A DNA stretch of 64,000 bases from Phoronis australis (taxonomy: Eukaryota; Animalia; Phoronida), in contig NMRA01000312.1 in assembly GCA_002633005.1 (NCBI GenBank), positions 455,194 to 519,193 on the forward strand, in the 5' to 3' direction. Position numbers and translations under genes: made by a program. Under the pieces are notes generated by a model, which did not search any database, was not told where the DNA came from, and was given only the letters and a program-made list of their open reading frames with translations. Positions 14,259 through 29,200 of this stretch are shown piece after piece. How positions within the stretch are numbered: position 1 is the stretch's first letter; every line of letters begins with the position of its first letter.

Positions 14259-17200
14259 GTGAGTCTCTTTGGCTAATTTTAATAATTCAATTATCTATGC
14301 TCAACGAGAGAAACACTTTCATGTAAAAACTATTGCTGAACACCTCTCGGAGACAATATAATACATTCGGAACCACGAGTGACATTCGCATTTAACGTTC
14401 AGAAAGCATTGCCCCAACTGGATTTTGCTTAGATATTTCCAAATAAAATTTCTCAAAGTGACGTCGTCAGTGACGAAAATGAAATCAGTCACGGATTCAG
14501 ACCTGGAGCCTTTGCATTCGCAGCTACATCCTCCACTGCCGAGTTGCTGAATGACAGAATGTATTTGATTGGTCAAGTCATCGGCCTTGATTTCAGCTAA
14601 TGTCTGACAGGTGCCAGATAGAACTGCCAACTTGTAATAAAATGAGGAGAAACGCAACGGGTTTTATAGTTTTGTTGCTCTGGTCAAAGCTAATAAATTT
14701 AATAAGTCTGTCACATCTTACAGTGTCATCCCAAAATGCATTTTCTTGTAGTAAAATTGACAATTTTCTTTTTTTAAAATGTTTTCAAGCATTTTCAGGG
14801 CTGAACTCTAATTATTGTACATTATATTTTTCGTAATAAAGAGGCTTTGAACCTGCATTCCGCAAAGGAAGTAAACTTCTGATTTAGCTCACTTTCCGCC
14901 ATAAACTTGGTCTCAACTTGTTCCATATTGAGCTAAGAAGTGATTTTAGTCTTGCAAAGAACTAACAGTTCGTTATCGCTCGAAACCCTGCTCGCTGCAT
15001 ATGTTAGGCTGTGACAAGCCAACTGGCAGACATGGATCATAAAGAAGCCTGGCACGCGAGAAACAGACTAAATTGCAATATTGAAAGTGGTTCTCAGCCA
15101 CTGAAACAGAATTCAACCTGCTCACTAAGTATTTTTAGTGTTTGTTCGTAAAGATTTTTAATTTCTGTTGATATCAAAGCATTGTCTTTTAGCTTCAAAT
15201 TTCAAAAACACGATCTTTAAAGAGGCCTGAGACGTGCTATATAGATTAAATTGCAACGAAAATCGTTCTCTGCCTCTGAAACAGAATTCAACCTGCTCAT
15301 CAGGTATTTTTTAGGGTTTGTTCGTAAAGCTTTCATATTTCTGTTGATATCAAAGCATTTTCTTTTAGTTTCAAATTTCAAAAAACGATCTGTCAACTGC
15401 TCCCCACTTCGTCGATGTTTCTCCCACAAGGCAAAAAATTGTCTCCTTATTTGGTATGGCAAGAGATAGACGTAGCACATTCCCCTTATATAGAAAATGT
15501 GACGTTTGTCCTCAAGAGATTTCAAGCAACTGACTGTGAGGGCATTTATCATACATATAAGTGGGATTGAGATTAGAAACTCTGTGGTAACCACAGAGTT
15601 TTTCCTTCACGCGTATTTCAAAAATCGTGAATTTTGTGATTTTTTCTTGAAATTTCCTCACAAGGGAATGTGAATTACTCTGTAATAGACGTTGCGAGAT
15701 GATACTTTCATCAGGAATTGTTTAAAAGATATTTTTGACGAGCTTTCGCGTTCCGTGGATCTTTAAACAATATGTATAACCAACGGTCAACTATTCTTTC
15801 GAAATATCAAACGTTGCTATTGATGATAGACGGCGGCCTTATAGCCGCTTTAAGATTGTGGAAGACTTTTAGAAAAGTCTGTGTATTTAGGGAAGTATCT
15901 ACAAAACATTTTAACTATATATTTTCTGAAAGCGGAAACCCTGTAAAACTTTATTTTTGTTCTAATCTGCCATTGACTGGGTCATGTGACCATATCTTTT
16001 TGGAAACTTTATCGAAAAAGAAAGGTCATTAATTGCAAAACAATGATATCGTTAACATTACCAAATTTCATATGACATAAAAGTTAAAGATAAAATCTCA
16101 AAACAGCTGTTACAGTTTTCTAAATCAGCATTTCGTTTTAGTTTTATGGAACTGTTGACATTGTCATAATCACAAAAGTTCTGTTTTTGTTAGTCTCTCA
16201 TTCAGAATGGTACATTTTAAAAAGAATTCTTAAAAGCAGTGTAGAGAACAAGCATAATATCTGAAAATTCGTGTGAATCCGATTTGCCATTTCAGAGATG
16301 TGATAATCCGAAGTTGGCCAAATTTGGACATTTTTTCGATCCGTACTAGCTGATGGTATTGCCATTTCGAACTTGGTGAAAAGTAACGATCAAAATGGGA
16401 AAATTAACAAATTTTCATTTAACGGTCTATAAGACGGGAGTCGGTGACTTAAATTTCCTTAATTTGCCGACCTGTATTAAATTAACGAACTGTTTTAACT
16501 AAGTTAAATATTGTTTGGCTAAAGCCCTGAGCAAGTAGAGAGGTAACGATGCTTCTAATTACGTAGATAGCTTTTCTCCAATAACAGCGGGGGTGTGGGG
16601 TTTTATCCCACAGGGTTTCAATATAACATGTTGCTCTTGAAACGCCAATGTGTTGATAACAAACACTATGTTTGGTGTTCGCTGGAGTGTGTTACGCAAA
16701 AATTGACGTCTGCTCAGGCGTTCGTTTTAATTGACATTTGAGTTTAGTTGAAGGTGAAGACAAGGGCGAGTTTTGCACGAACAAAATGATAACCAATGAA
16801 ATTTTTATTTGTAAAAACAAATCGATGAGGTCGTACCAGGGGAAAACTAGAATGGTATCTTGTTGGGGTGATTTATCAATTGACTTGGAAAAGTATAACT
16901 GTACGAGAGAATAAGTCATCAAAAGAGGAGAAAGATGTTCGGAGAAACGCTTACTTCCAATTAAACTTAATAAGACATTTTCAGTGTTAAGATGCTACAT
17001 GTGATTTTAGTATACATAATTTTTATGTGTGTGAAATAACTTTTTCTCAAATATTTCCTCATAACTCTAGTAATGTATAACATACGAACAACTGTTCATC
17101 AAAATAATAATCAATAAAAATTTAACATGACGGAGTTGAGACTCGATCCCCACACATGAAAATCCTGACTATGACCTGCACGCAGCGGTCGAGATTGCTC

Positions 17201-20200
17201 GGCAACCTCGTCCACTGCTTGTTGGCCACTGCACCCTAGCAAAGACGTGTCAAAGATACTATAGTAATTTTAACATTTTTGTGCGTGCGCCATATTTTAT
17301 CACAGGAGTGAATCGCAAGTCCACCGAATAAAGTAAATAAAAATACGATCGCAAACTGCGTTAAAGAGAGAAAATGTTGCTACCTCGGCTGCCTTGCGTA
17401 GAGCAGGTTCCTTGCGAGAAAAGTGAGATCACGCAAGTCTTCGCGAGATATGTCCATGTTTACGTCACAGCTGGATTCTAATTCACGTCTGGAGATCCCG
17501 ACTACTACCAAAACACAGCGACTCTGAACGCCAGGTCATTCTGACCAATACTTACCTCAAATGTGCTAATAGTAGCCTGTGCGTTTGGTTTTTTTCAGAC
17601 GTGCGCCTAATCCGGTCTGTAATAGAAGGAAGCGATTATTAGAGACTCAGTTTATTTATTGCGACCCTGGCGCAGGTCAGCACACGGAATCGTAAGATGG
17701 CACGTGAAAAAATTCGCCTTTGCCAATCATCCAATCGTCGTGTCTTTTGTTATACGATATTAAGCAAGATTTCTAGACGGCATCCAAACAACATGGAGAC
17801 CTGGCCTCAATTTTGGGAAGCTTCTATTAGAGTTGACCCGGGGTTCCCGGCTTCTATAGAGAAAGGCATTTATTATAGACCAGGTTTCTATTAGAAATTA
17901 TACGGTGTGCCGCATTGCCGTCGAGTCGTACTGCTTCTGGTGAAAATGAAACAATCGGTTTCACGGCCGAAAATGCAATTTTGGTATTATTTTCGGATGA
18001 GATAGAATTCTTGAAGTTATTAATTTTGACCAGAGCTATAAAACAAGAAAATTCGATGATGCGTTTTTGTGATTAACTTCAACTCGCAGATTCTAGCCAT
18101 TGTCTACCATCCACTCGTTGAAATCAAACCCGGCGACTTCACCTGTTACCGCAAACACCCTACAAGTACTGTCTTCCACGTATGGATTCAACTCCGTCAG
18201 CAAATGGTTTGGCTTCGATCACCAATATTACATGGGACATTTCACTTGCTCGTCATGCAGGAGCGTACAAGGCATACAATTGGCGTCTTTTGTGTACAGC
18301 TTGGCACCTTGGCGAAAGCGGGTACGAAGGGTAGACATAAAACGCGACGGCGGGTTTTCCTTCGTTATTTCACGTCAAAATTCAGAGCCGAAGTGCAAGT
18401 AAACGAAGTTTCTTTAAGTTTCCAAGTGATCGGAAGATACACATGTTTTTCCCAATTAAATTTCATTTTAAGATAGCGAATACACTTAATTTCTGCCTTT
18501 TCATAAAGGCTCAAATGTTGGTATGATAAAGTTTATAGCACAATTTTCAACATTTGTCGGGACGTTGTTATTAATACATATCATGTTATTCTTAATGGTA
18601 ACAAAATTTTTGGTGACACATTTTACAAATGCCAATCTTATGGAAAATCTTGTTACTCTTTGACACATATCATGTTCTATTATAGCATTCGTCATCATAT
18701 TCTTGTTGTTTTATACCGCTAATGTGCTCGGGAACATTTTGGTTGATGCATATGTGTTTCTAGTCCACGTTTGCACTTGGTGACCTTTATATTTGAACTA
18801 AAGCTAGAGTATAAACTCGAGTTGAGATTAAAACTTTTAACTTTTTATGCTGGGGTCATCAAACGCAAATTAGCATAAGACAGTTATTGAAGTAAGCCAT
18901 TTTTCTAAAGAATAATGACATTTATCTTAGGTTTGCACAAAAATAGAATGGAAACTGGCAAAATACGATTTCGAGTGCGTAAATGCTTATAGTAAATACA
19001 TCGCTCAGTATTACATAGTGCCCAATGTTGCACCCAGATGTCACTCCTGTCTTTTTGTTAAATGCTTTGCGGGGATAATCCCAGCATGTGGTTAGTGCGG
19101 ATCTGTTGGTGTGTAAGATATTACAACCAGATCGTGTAGGCAAGGCCTTAGCATCGGAAGACACTTAGCTTTGTTCAGACGGACACTTAAACTCGCGCAA
19201 GTTGCCCTAGGTGCTACAGAAAGATTAGCAACTTGTCTGGGTGGGTCTGCTTATTCGATTCACTCAGCTGAATTAATTATAGAAAAGAAGTGAACGAGAA
19301 ACCGACATGGTCAAACCCGATGTTTTGGGACTTAATGGAGTTATTGAGTTAGATGTAAATTGATTTCATTAGCGCAATCTGTCAACATGAATCGGAGGTC
19401 TATTTGAAATGCGAGGACCAAATGAGACTCGACGACTGCGTAGACTGAAGAGCTATTGACTTTCTCTGACTTCAATAACTTTTTTGTGTGTTGAGGTCCC
19501 TTCCTATCAATTTCCTTAAAATTGTGCTGACAATTTGACCTTTTCCTCCCCATTCAGTCTGTGTTGCGAATTTTACACAGCATAAAAGCAGAACAATTGC
19601 GTCTATATTTTTAAACCGACACGAAAATAACGTCACGATTAAATTCAACACGGATTACGAATCCGCGACAGTCTGAGGTAATTTTATCAATTTGTGAAAC
19701 AGAGCGCGCTTTCAGAAAGGGCCAAAATCTGCATCTTCACAATATTTAAGCCGATTAACACGTGAAGAATATCACCCATGTGCTTCTCGAGAACGTATGG
19801 TACAAATGTGGAAATTTGATAGAATTTTATCAGGCAAAATCAAAATCTAAACGATGAGCAAGACTAGCCACTAGAATCTATGTATATGAGTCCCAGTATA
19901 AGGGCTTAACTAGAATCTATGTATATGAGTCCCAGTATAAGGGCTGAACTAGAATCTATGTATATGAGTCCCAGTGTAAGGGCTTAACTAGAATCTATGT
20001 ATATGAGTCCCAGTATAAGGGCTTAACTAGAATCTATGTATATGAGTCCCAGTATAAGGGGTTAACTAGAATCTATGTATATGAGTCCCAGTATAAGGGC
20101 TTAACTAGAATCTATGTATATGAGTCCCAGTATAAGGGCTGAACTAGAATCTATGTATATGAGTCCCAGTGTAAGGGCTTAACTAGAATCTATGTACATG

Positions 20201-23200
20201 AGTCCCAGTATAAGGGCTTAACTAGAATCTATGTATTATGAGTCCCAGTATAAGGGCTTAACTAGAATCTATGTATATGAGTCCCAGTATAAGGGCTTAA
20301 CTAGAATCTATGTATATGAGTCCCAGTATAAGGGCTTAACTAGAATCTATGTATATGAGTCCCAGTATAAGGGCTTAACTAGAATCTATGTATTATGAGT
20401 CCCAGTATATTAAGGGCTTAACTAGTTGCAAGGGTGGTTCTGCGTTCCGTGGAGTAAGTCTCTTGCGAAAAAGCAAGATGACAAAAGCCCTCGCGATATA
20501 TCGACATGCCTTACAAGCGATGTACTTGACCAAATTAGCGACTGTTTTACGTTGCGGAACGCTGCCCAGGACTTGTACATGCTATCTCGCTTTGTCTTGA
20601 ATTACCTGGGTGGGATTCGAACTCACGACTACGACCTGAACGTAGCCCCTTCGATTGCTTGTCTACCCAGACTATAATGACAGCTGGTGTAAAAAACCGC
20701 AATTCCACGGATTCGTGTCGTTGGCTTGACTGATTGGTAACGGCAACGGTAGCCATGTGCTTTATTCTCCCAAGCAACAACAATGAGATGGTTGTATTTA
20801 TTTGATTAATGGTTGAGTAAATGCCAGTCAACTTCTAGAAACTGACATGAAACTCAAAGAAATTAAAAATATTTATCGATATTTATTTTGTGCTCTCGTT
20901 AGCTTGGTGTTCTTAAGACAAACGTGAGTGGAGAAGAATTCTTTATCGAACCAATGGGCTTGGATCCTAAGACTGGAGGTATAACTCATGCCTTGTACAA
21001 GAAACCCATTCTCAAGTATTTAAAAGAACAGGGAATAACCAAAGGTAAGAAGCAACATGTTAGGGATTTCTTGAGGCACTATCGTAGATTCGATGGAGTG
21101 AATGTGACATTAGAAAGCCTAATGTTAACACACTGTTGTCGCAAATGCAATTATGTTAACATCATAAAAGCTATTTACGATGAATATATGCTGATGTGAA
21201 ACGATCCGAATAACAAAATAACGGGAATCAGAATAACAAAATAACGCGAATGAAAACATAATTTCTACAGACTTATACATGTAGTCCAAACTGTGTTTAA
21301 AGACCCTTTGGAGATTATTTTTTTATTTATTCCTTGGCTAGACATGGGTTGAGTTCTGTTTTGGTGAAGACATAATTCGTGTCGCATCTTGGGAACGGGA
21401 TCAATCATTTTTCGAACCCTTCGGACAACGAAATAATGAAACAACTGATTATTACTTGTAGTCTACCTGTGGACGTAGAGAAAGAGAAATACAGTTTTTA
21501 CAGTTAGTCTACTTTGACAAAAATTCCTCACACACATATCGTTGGGTATGGAAATATTTCATGGCCATTTTGTGGTTGACCTAAACGAAATACAATCTCC
21601 ACTGTCTTTTGAAACGAAAATATGTCTTGAAAAGACCGTCACGGTGGATTATTTGTATTAAAGTAGTCTCGAAAAGATCCCCCAAATCACATTTTTCGCT
21701 TGAGAAACATTTTAATATGCATTTAAAACTGAATTACAGATCTTCTAATGTACACCGATATTGATCTCTCGAGCATTCTTCTACCGGATATAACAGAAGA
21801 AACCGCAGAAAAGAGGAGAAGACGACGTGACGTCAAACGAGAATACTTCTTAGAAGTACTCGTTGCAGTGGGGCCATCTGTTGTTGAATTTCATGGAAAA
21901 GATCTCATCGAAACTTACGTCCTGACCATTATGAACATTGTGAGTTATTTTACATTTAAATGGTTTCAAATTCTTTATTGGTGAGCTGTCTCCAGTACGT
22001 GCCACAAGAAATAAAATGGAAGTCATAATAAGGGAGTCGGTCTGCGCCTGTGTAGGAATTTAGATCAGCGTTCGGGATAATGCTGACACTTGCTTGAAGT
22101 TCTTCTTATACGTTAATCGACAAAGTACAAAGTATCGTGGAATGAGCCAAGCTTCTGATGTACACTAGATTTGCAATGAACACTATCTCTTTTAAATATA
22201 TGCTGCCCATTCTTTGGATTATAGCCGAAGATTATATGATATTGAATACTAACCTGTATTCTATCGAATTCAAGTAACCACATGATGTCAAGAATTGGTG
22301 ACGTCGTCGTTTATGGTGTAACAAAGACAGTTTTGACAATCTTGTGACGTCAATGGCTTTTTATTTCATTTTAAGGTGAATAGTGTCTACCATCACTATA
22401 CCCTTGGCGTCGTTCTCAATGTAGTGGTCGTAAAAATACACCTGTTAGATAAAAAGACCGTAAGTATCTTTCTTTGCTCCGTTTTTGTCCTGGAATTCTG
22501 CGAGCATAGTGAAATAATTGAAATAATTATGTGTACTTAATGAAATGCAAACCAAAATTAAGCTACAGTGTTATGAAAATGCTTGATCAATACAAGGCAT
22601 TGCCCTTTCGTGTAGCAATGCAATGTTTTAAACCTGTAAAAACGTTTTATATCTACTTTCGATCGAAACACACTAAAGTCTGAAGACGTAAAACCAAATT
22701 TATTTTGCTGCAAGACTGCTATCGCTATTTCACAAACACTAAGCAGCAACTGATTTAATGGCTTAGTTCATACGGCGAACCTTTCAAGAGAGCCGCGAGC
22801 CGTTGATTCTGTATCATAGTACTAGATTTAAGACTAAGATAGAAATTTGTTCTTGCGCTCTCACTTCACAATTTCTGAAAAAGGTTTAGCCAAGTAATTG
22901 TAAATGCGTTAAAGTTTATACATTAACAAAAATTGTTTCAATAACTAGCGGTAATGCCTTTATTCTCAGACACCACTTTGAACTTTACTTCAAGTGAGAT
23001 TTGATTATATTTCTGAAAAAGTTTTACGGAGGGTAAGACCAAATTTGTGACTTAAGTCTCAAGTCGCTTTTTATGAAACATGTCCCAAACAACATAGTTC
23101 ATTAACAATTAAAGTGTGTTTTAAACTGGGAATTCTTGCCGCCAGCATGGCAACATGTTAACTCCTGGAAGTCCAGCGAAAACACTGGACAAGTTTTGTG

Positions 23201-26200
23201 CCTGGGCGCATAGCGTCAACCCTGAAGGCGACGACCATCCCGACCACCACGACCACGCCATCTATCTGACAAGGGATGACTTTGGTCCCGCAGGTAAACT
23301 ATGTTGTAAATAATTCATTGGCGTCTGTACCGAAATTGATTTCGGTGAAAAAGATATGTTGTCCTATCGTTTTTTTTTTTCAACTTTTGGTTTAGTTAAT
23401 TTATTTACATTTTGCAGTCGTGTGGTCGCGTATCTTCTCGGAAACATACTTACTTCATTAAGCTATCATTAGGATTGTTTACATGAATTCTGTTCTTGGC
23501 TCGTGTTCTCGCTCAGTCTGTTACTCATAAAAGTGTTTCCTTGTACATAATCCAGGACACGCGTGCAGTGCGATTGCATTCAACTGCAATAGTTTTTTTA
23601 TCTGTGTCCTTCTTTCTTGACCCAGCAAATACATTCTTACCAATAATTTTTAACCGTTACCAGCAAATATACTGTTGTGTCGTGTCAAAAGTTGCTCAAT
23701 CTAATATAGTAAGGATGGAGTGTGTTCCGAACTTATGGGAACACCAAAGTGGCTCTTGAAACGGGAAAAATCTTCTTGAATAAATTTCATTTGCCTTGGG
23801 TAAAGCATGCCGTCTGAGGTATAAGTGTTGTATTATCAGGTATTTGGAGATGGATGGGCCCGTATAGGCACCGATCGTACGCAGGTATATGTCCGTTGGT
23901 TTAATGTACCCCTGTGAACGGCATCCTCTTCCTTCAACTTCCCATTAACGATCGATTTGATAAAATCTAACGTACATTTACAACTGTCACTGAGAATGGT
24001 GTTTTAGACTCATTCCTCAGACATCTCCACGATTATGATGGCTCGTGTTCATAATGACGGCTGCCTCTCACTACCCTATCACGACACTGGCATAACCCAA
24101 GTCTGCGAGGAAACAGTGACTGGCGCGTAATACCAACTGTTGTGCGTTAACGTAGAAACCTGCGTAATCTCAAGTTCACGTATGTGTGAACTTAGAATTG
24201 AATATTCATTAAGGCCATCAGGCAAATTTTTTGTTCAGTTTAAAAAAGTTTGTTATTACTGACATCACGAACACACATTTTTTTCCTTTACGGTAACTTG
24301 CGTCACCGAATGGGGCTATTCGGAGAATTCTCCTCGCGGTGTCGCTGCTGTACTAGTGGTGATTGAATTGCGCATGCGTGGCTGTCTGCATGTAAACAAC
24401 TGGTAAAAGATGGAATTGTTATCATAGTACGTCGTCGCGCTAAGCCTTATTACTGCTAATTTCCCTGGTGCAAGTCTTCGACAGGTGGCCACAAATTCCC
24501 AAAAGACCTAAGGTTACTATATTCGTGGACAATTGCGGTTAAGAGGGTCAACTAATTGACAAAAAGTGTGTGGATGCTGAAGCCCCGTGTGTGCTCTATG
24601 ACTAAACAGTTCCATTCGGAGACTACACAACATTACTTGGTAAGTTTTTTGCAATCAAGTTTCTATCAACATCGTTTGGTGATGTTATCCCCACCAGTTA
24701 CCCCACTGAATAACAGGTTTATTGAGTGGAACTAGTGTTTCTTTTTGGAAACTCACCCGATGCCGGGTAAGCTAGCAGCACATATTCATATTGTCCTGGG
24801 TGGGAGTGCTCCCAAAATAAGAGGTGTATGGTACGTGATGCACAGAAGTCAAGGGTGACTTTTTCACAGCAGTTTCTCTTTAAAACTATGCCGTTTCCAA
24901 TAAAATTCTCTAGATGTGTGAGTTTCCTTATTTTATCGCGGATTTCACCCCCAGGACTACCAGATCAGTTATCCAATCAACATGAATAAGCCTAATTCAG
25001 TAAATGTCGTAACATTGTATTGGAAGAAAAATTGACACCTAGAATGAATTGTACTTGTTGAGATCACATTTTTAAGTTTCATGAAAAATAGTTATTGTTA
25101 AATCACTTTTAGCCTGTTTCACATATTTTAATTCAGATATTGAATAAGACTAGGGTACAAAGGTTATTAGTTTCTACACATAAACATGAAGATGAAACGT
25201 CAAGTATGTTCTGCCTTACAAAAGTAGTTTTGTCTTTCCCTTTACAATTTGCTAATATTTCTCCGAATATTCTGTTACAGGTGTGCGAAAACAACTGAAA
25301 CCAACGGCCCGACCATTTATTTTACCTTTGGACAAAGTGAAAAGCAATCCTTCAGCAATAACCTGAGAGAATTGAATGTAATTCAGAAATTCAACACCTG
25401 ATATGCCTGATTATGGACTCCCTCGCAATGTTGTTTCTTTCTGTGCTTTTTCAGTTTGCTATTTGTTTTTAAATACACTGATAATTGTTTATTCTCGAAT
25501 CTTGTGCATAGCAGATTCATATCCAGCCAGCTGCAATTGAAAACATACAATAAGACAATCGATGCAGTCACTGAATGTCATTTCCCCACAAGGTGTACCA
25601 AATTGAAAAGTTTTTACCAATAGTATAAAGCCTTTCTTCTGAAAGGAAAATTTAATGTCACTCAGCTTTTGGCTTTCATTTCACTGTGATCTAGTTTCAA
25701 TGGCCTATAGAAGCGCTTGTAAAAAAGGTACAGACCACTTTCGACACGTGGCTTTTTTCACGTAACCTCATTCAGCCTCAATAACATCCACAATTAGACA
25801 CTTGAAGGTAAACACAGCAGCATATCACTTGAATCGTTTTGAGCCCAAAATTAGACCCTTGAAGTAGACCAGAGTGTCACTAGGTCTTCTTTAGCTTCAG
25901 TCCCTCATGTTTCTTCCAGCAAAGGAAATAAGCTATTGTCCACACATGACTCATTGCCTATGAAAGGCATCCTCACCAACAAGGCTTACTTGTGTAGCAG
26001 TCAGATATAGTTCGTCTGAATACACAGACAGTCCACTGGCACATTGTCTTATGGTAACTTAGTACTGCGATTCACATTTCTCCAGGGACACTGACTTGTA
26101 CATTATGCCATGCAGCACTGCTGGTGTGTGGAAGTGCTGTGGGAAGAGAACGGAGTCACAAAGCTTGTCTATGATACAGCTGGAAGTGGCTTTAAAATGT

Positions 26201-29200
26201 CACTGAACCTGGAACAAATATTGTACAAATTAAGTACTCCAGATTGGGTCAAAAATGTTATCCCTGTTTTTCAAAAATATATGGCGACTGCTCTACAAGT
26301 TTCACATAAAATTAAATAATTACTATTTTCAGAAACCAAGGGTGTATATACTAAGCATTGCATATAACTGCGTCTTTATTTTTAATTCGTAGGCATAACA
26401 ATTCTTTAAATGCATCACTGGTCTGCAAAATATACAAGTTTTTTGAGACAACTTCAAACCTTTGCTACCCATTTTCAAGCCTTTTAAATTTTGATACTTT
26501 CAGCAATTTTAAACTCCGATTACAGGTTCATGGGTCTGTCAAGAATACTTCTAGTCTAAGGTTGAGGGGACCGTTTCTCAGACTTTTAATTTTTCTTCTA
26601 ATAGAAGATATGAAGACTTGGATAATTTAAAAATGATGATTAATATTTCTGTTGTTTAACAGTAATTACAAATCGTAAGGGACCATCAAAAATGCAATTT
26701 TCATAAAAATGGCAGTCATTTGAATTTATAACGACTTGCAATATTTCAAGGCATGAGTTAAGACTATTCAGTCACTGTGAATTCAGAAAATGTAATATAT
26801 TTTCATGGGTTTACAACTGATGCAAGTAGCAAAACAGTTTCAAAAAATCAACTTGAAGGGACTTCATGAAGGTTAAGAATTACCTCACCATGCTCTTTTC
26901 TCCAAACATGTATTACTTGTTATTTCCACACATGCAGTTGTACCAAATATTACAACCCCAACCCCCCATGCCAATCCCCCGCTAAGGACCTGAATAAGAA
27001 AATTAACAAAATGACTTACATACCTTTCTTTAAAAATAGCTGTTCCTTTTCAAAGGCTTTGTTCGTTGCCTCCAACATTGAAAGTAGGCTTTGACAAAAG
27101 ATCTGCACTGGATGGAAAGATCTTGTTGGTTAGCTGCTGTCAAATGCTAAAAACCAATTTTTGTCCATTCAGGGACGGTGCAGAAGCGAAGCGTATCTCC
27201 TCTGCACGGTACAAGCCCTCAAACCTAAAAACCAAAGGTTACGTGAAAAGAGAAGTGATAGATTTCCATTTCAACGTGTAATAGATTTCCAGAAGACATA
27301 TGATAGGGAGTAAACAAATAGTCTAATGCAATGGATATTTGTCATGTACCCCGCTTTGCCATTGGGCTTGGATTGTAATCTTAACTCATTAACCTGTATC
27401 GAGTTGACAGCATAAACATTCAGCATTGATTGATGTAACTGTCACTGATAAACTGTTAGAAATCATTCCAAACAATAATAATGCTTTGATGTACGAAAAG
27501 ATCCCGATTGCTACGTCAAGTATCGTATCACATATCACAACAAACAAAGATAACCCGACCGGCGACTGCCGCGAAGTCGACATCGGCGAGTACCTCAGTT
27601 AACAGACATCGGAAGAATAAGCATGGAATAATCGTTAAAATAATCACAAACCTTACTTTTGTGTAAGGTCGTGCTTACTTCCTCTCATAGAAGCACCCTT
27701 TTCACGGAATCTCAGATTCAGTTGGCACGGCTGCAAGCCATTTCACCATGTATTTAAAGGGCTCACGAAATCGAGGCTGTTAATCTATCACCACTAGTAC
27801 ACGCGCGCCCTCTAGTTATTGTAGATTTTCTGAATAGCCCCATTTGGAGGAATATGTGAATAGTTAAATAAATTTAGAATTTTATTGCTTGGTGAAAAAG
27901 ATCACCAATAATTTTAAAAGGTTGGTTAAAATTTACATTATTTCATTACATTTATTTGATTTAGTGCAGTGCAAATTTTTATCGACGTGAACGTTATTAT
28001 TTTGAATGAATTTGTCAAGTTTTCTCGTGTATTCCAAGTTCACGCGTACGCAATCTTGAGATAAAGCAGTTCACGCACAGCAGTTCAACTTCCACCGGAT
28101 TTCCCGCCGCTGTCGGAAAAGCTGCTGCAAACCCGTTTTCCCTGAAAAACTAAGTTTTCATTTGTAAAATTGGGTGTCACGTGTTCTTTGCTGATATTTC
28201 AGGTTACTAGGCTTGTAGAGTAAGTTGACTGGTCACAATGAAAATTGTCTCAAGCAATAACGACCTGTCCATTCTATCTAATACCCGAAACCGCTCTTCG
28301 TCTCAGTAGGGAAAGTTGAAGCCAGTTTGTCAGTATTCTAAATCATTTTTTCTCTTTGGCTGAACGCCTATTTGCAGCAGCTTAAAGAAAATGATTGCTG
28401 TGGTTTTCTATAGGACTTGAGCGCAAGCAATCATTAACCATCTGAGACTAGTGAATGTTTCGGTGACATATTTTAATCTCAAACCTCTCACACGTTTGTT
28501 ATATTGCATTAAAACGGTAACGCTACACTTCAATATTGCTGCATTCAGTCTTCTACGTCACACTTAGATCCCCGTATTCAAGCTTCTACGACATTTACAT
28601 TCCCTTTAACCTCAACTAACACTGTTATACTTTGGCTGCAATTGACAGTCAATCCCAGTGTTGTGTTATGGTCCATATGAACTCTATCACAATCTTTAAT
28701 TCGTTCTTTTACGTGGTAGGCTTACCCCTTTTTGTAGTACTAATTTCAGACGTAAGTTTACGTTTCCTAACACACTTGTAAATTGTTTTTGTCTGGTCTG
28801 GAATGGTTTCCTTTTTGTTCGTTATTCTCTGCCTATTTGAATCATTGTCTCATCAGTTCAATCAGCTGCACGTCATTAATTAAACAGCATATCCTTGTTA
28901 GAAAACTAATTACAATTCATTTTTCTTTGTTATGTTTTCAGCTTTTCTCTTTTCCACTATATTATTTAAGACTTGGATTTTTAGAGGCCTAGCAAAATCA
29001 TCGTTTTCGTTCGTGTTTTGGGGTGATACCCTTTGTTCTGACTTTTTATTATTGCGGCAGTTTGAAGTTTGCAATTTCGACATGAACTTAATTAGGAGGT
29101 TCGTGATCATATGTTGCACAATTGTGATTGTTCTGTACTGAATTTTAGGTTATGCGCCCATAACAGGAATGTGTCGCCCCAAACGAAGTTGTGCGGTTAT

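Larger units (their letters stand above)
24312..27841. mobile_element. Decayed ISL2EU-like (PHIS group) DNA transposon
   Basis: TIRs ggggctattcggagaat / attttctgaatagcccc, subterminal tgtactagtggtgat / atcaccactagtaca, flanked by AT on both sides; THAP relic on + and YqaJ-like relic on -. Confidence 0.75.

Noticed and set aside
18069-18476. Overlapping ORFs in a more GC-balanced patch
   Set aside because: No family recognised in any frame, and the ADAMTS prodomain splices cleanly from 14258 to 20903 without it. It may be an unclassified transposon remnant.
19870-20425. 39-bp repeat array as a CRISPR
   Set aside because: Units are head-to-tail with no unique spacers, there are no cas genes, and the context is a eukaryotic intron.
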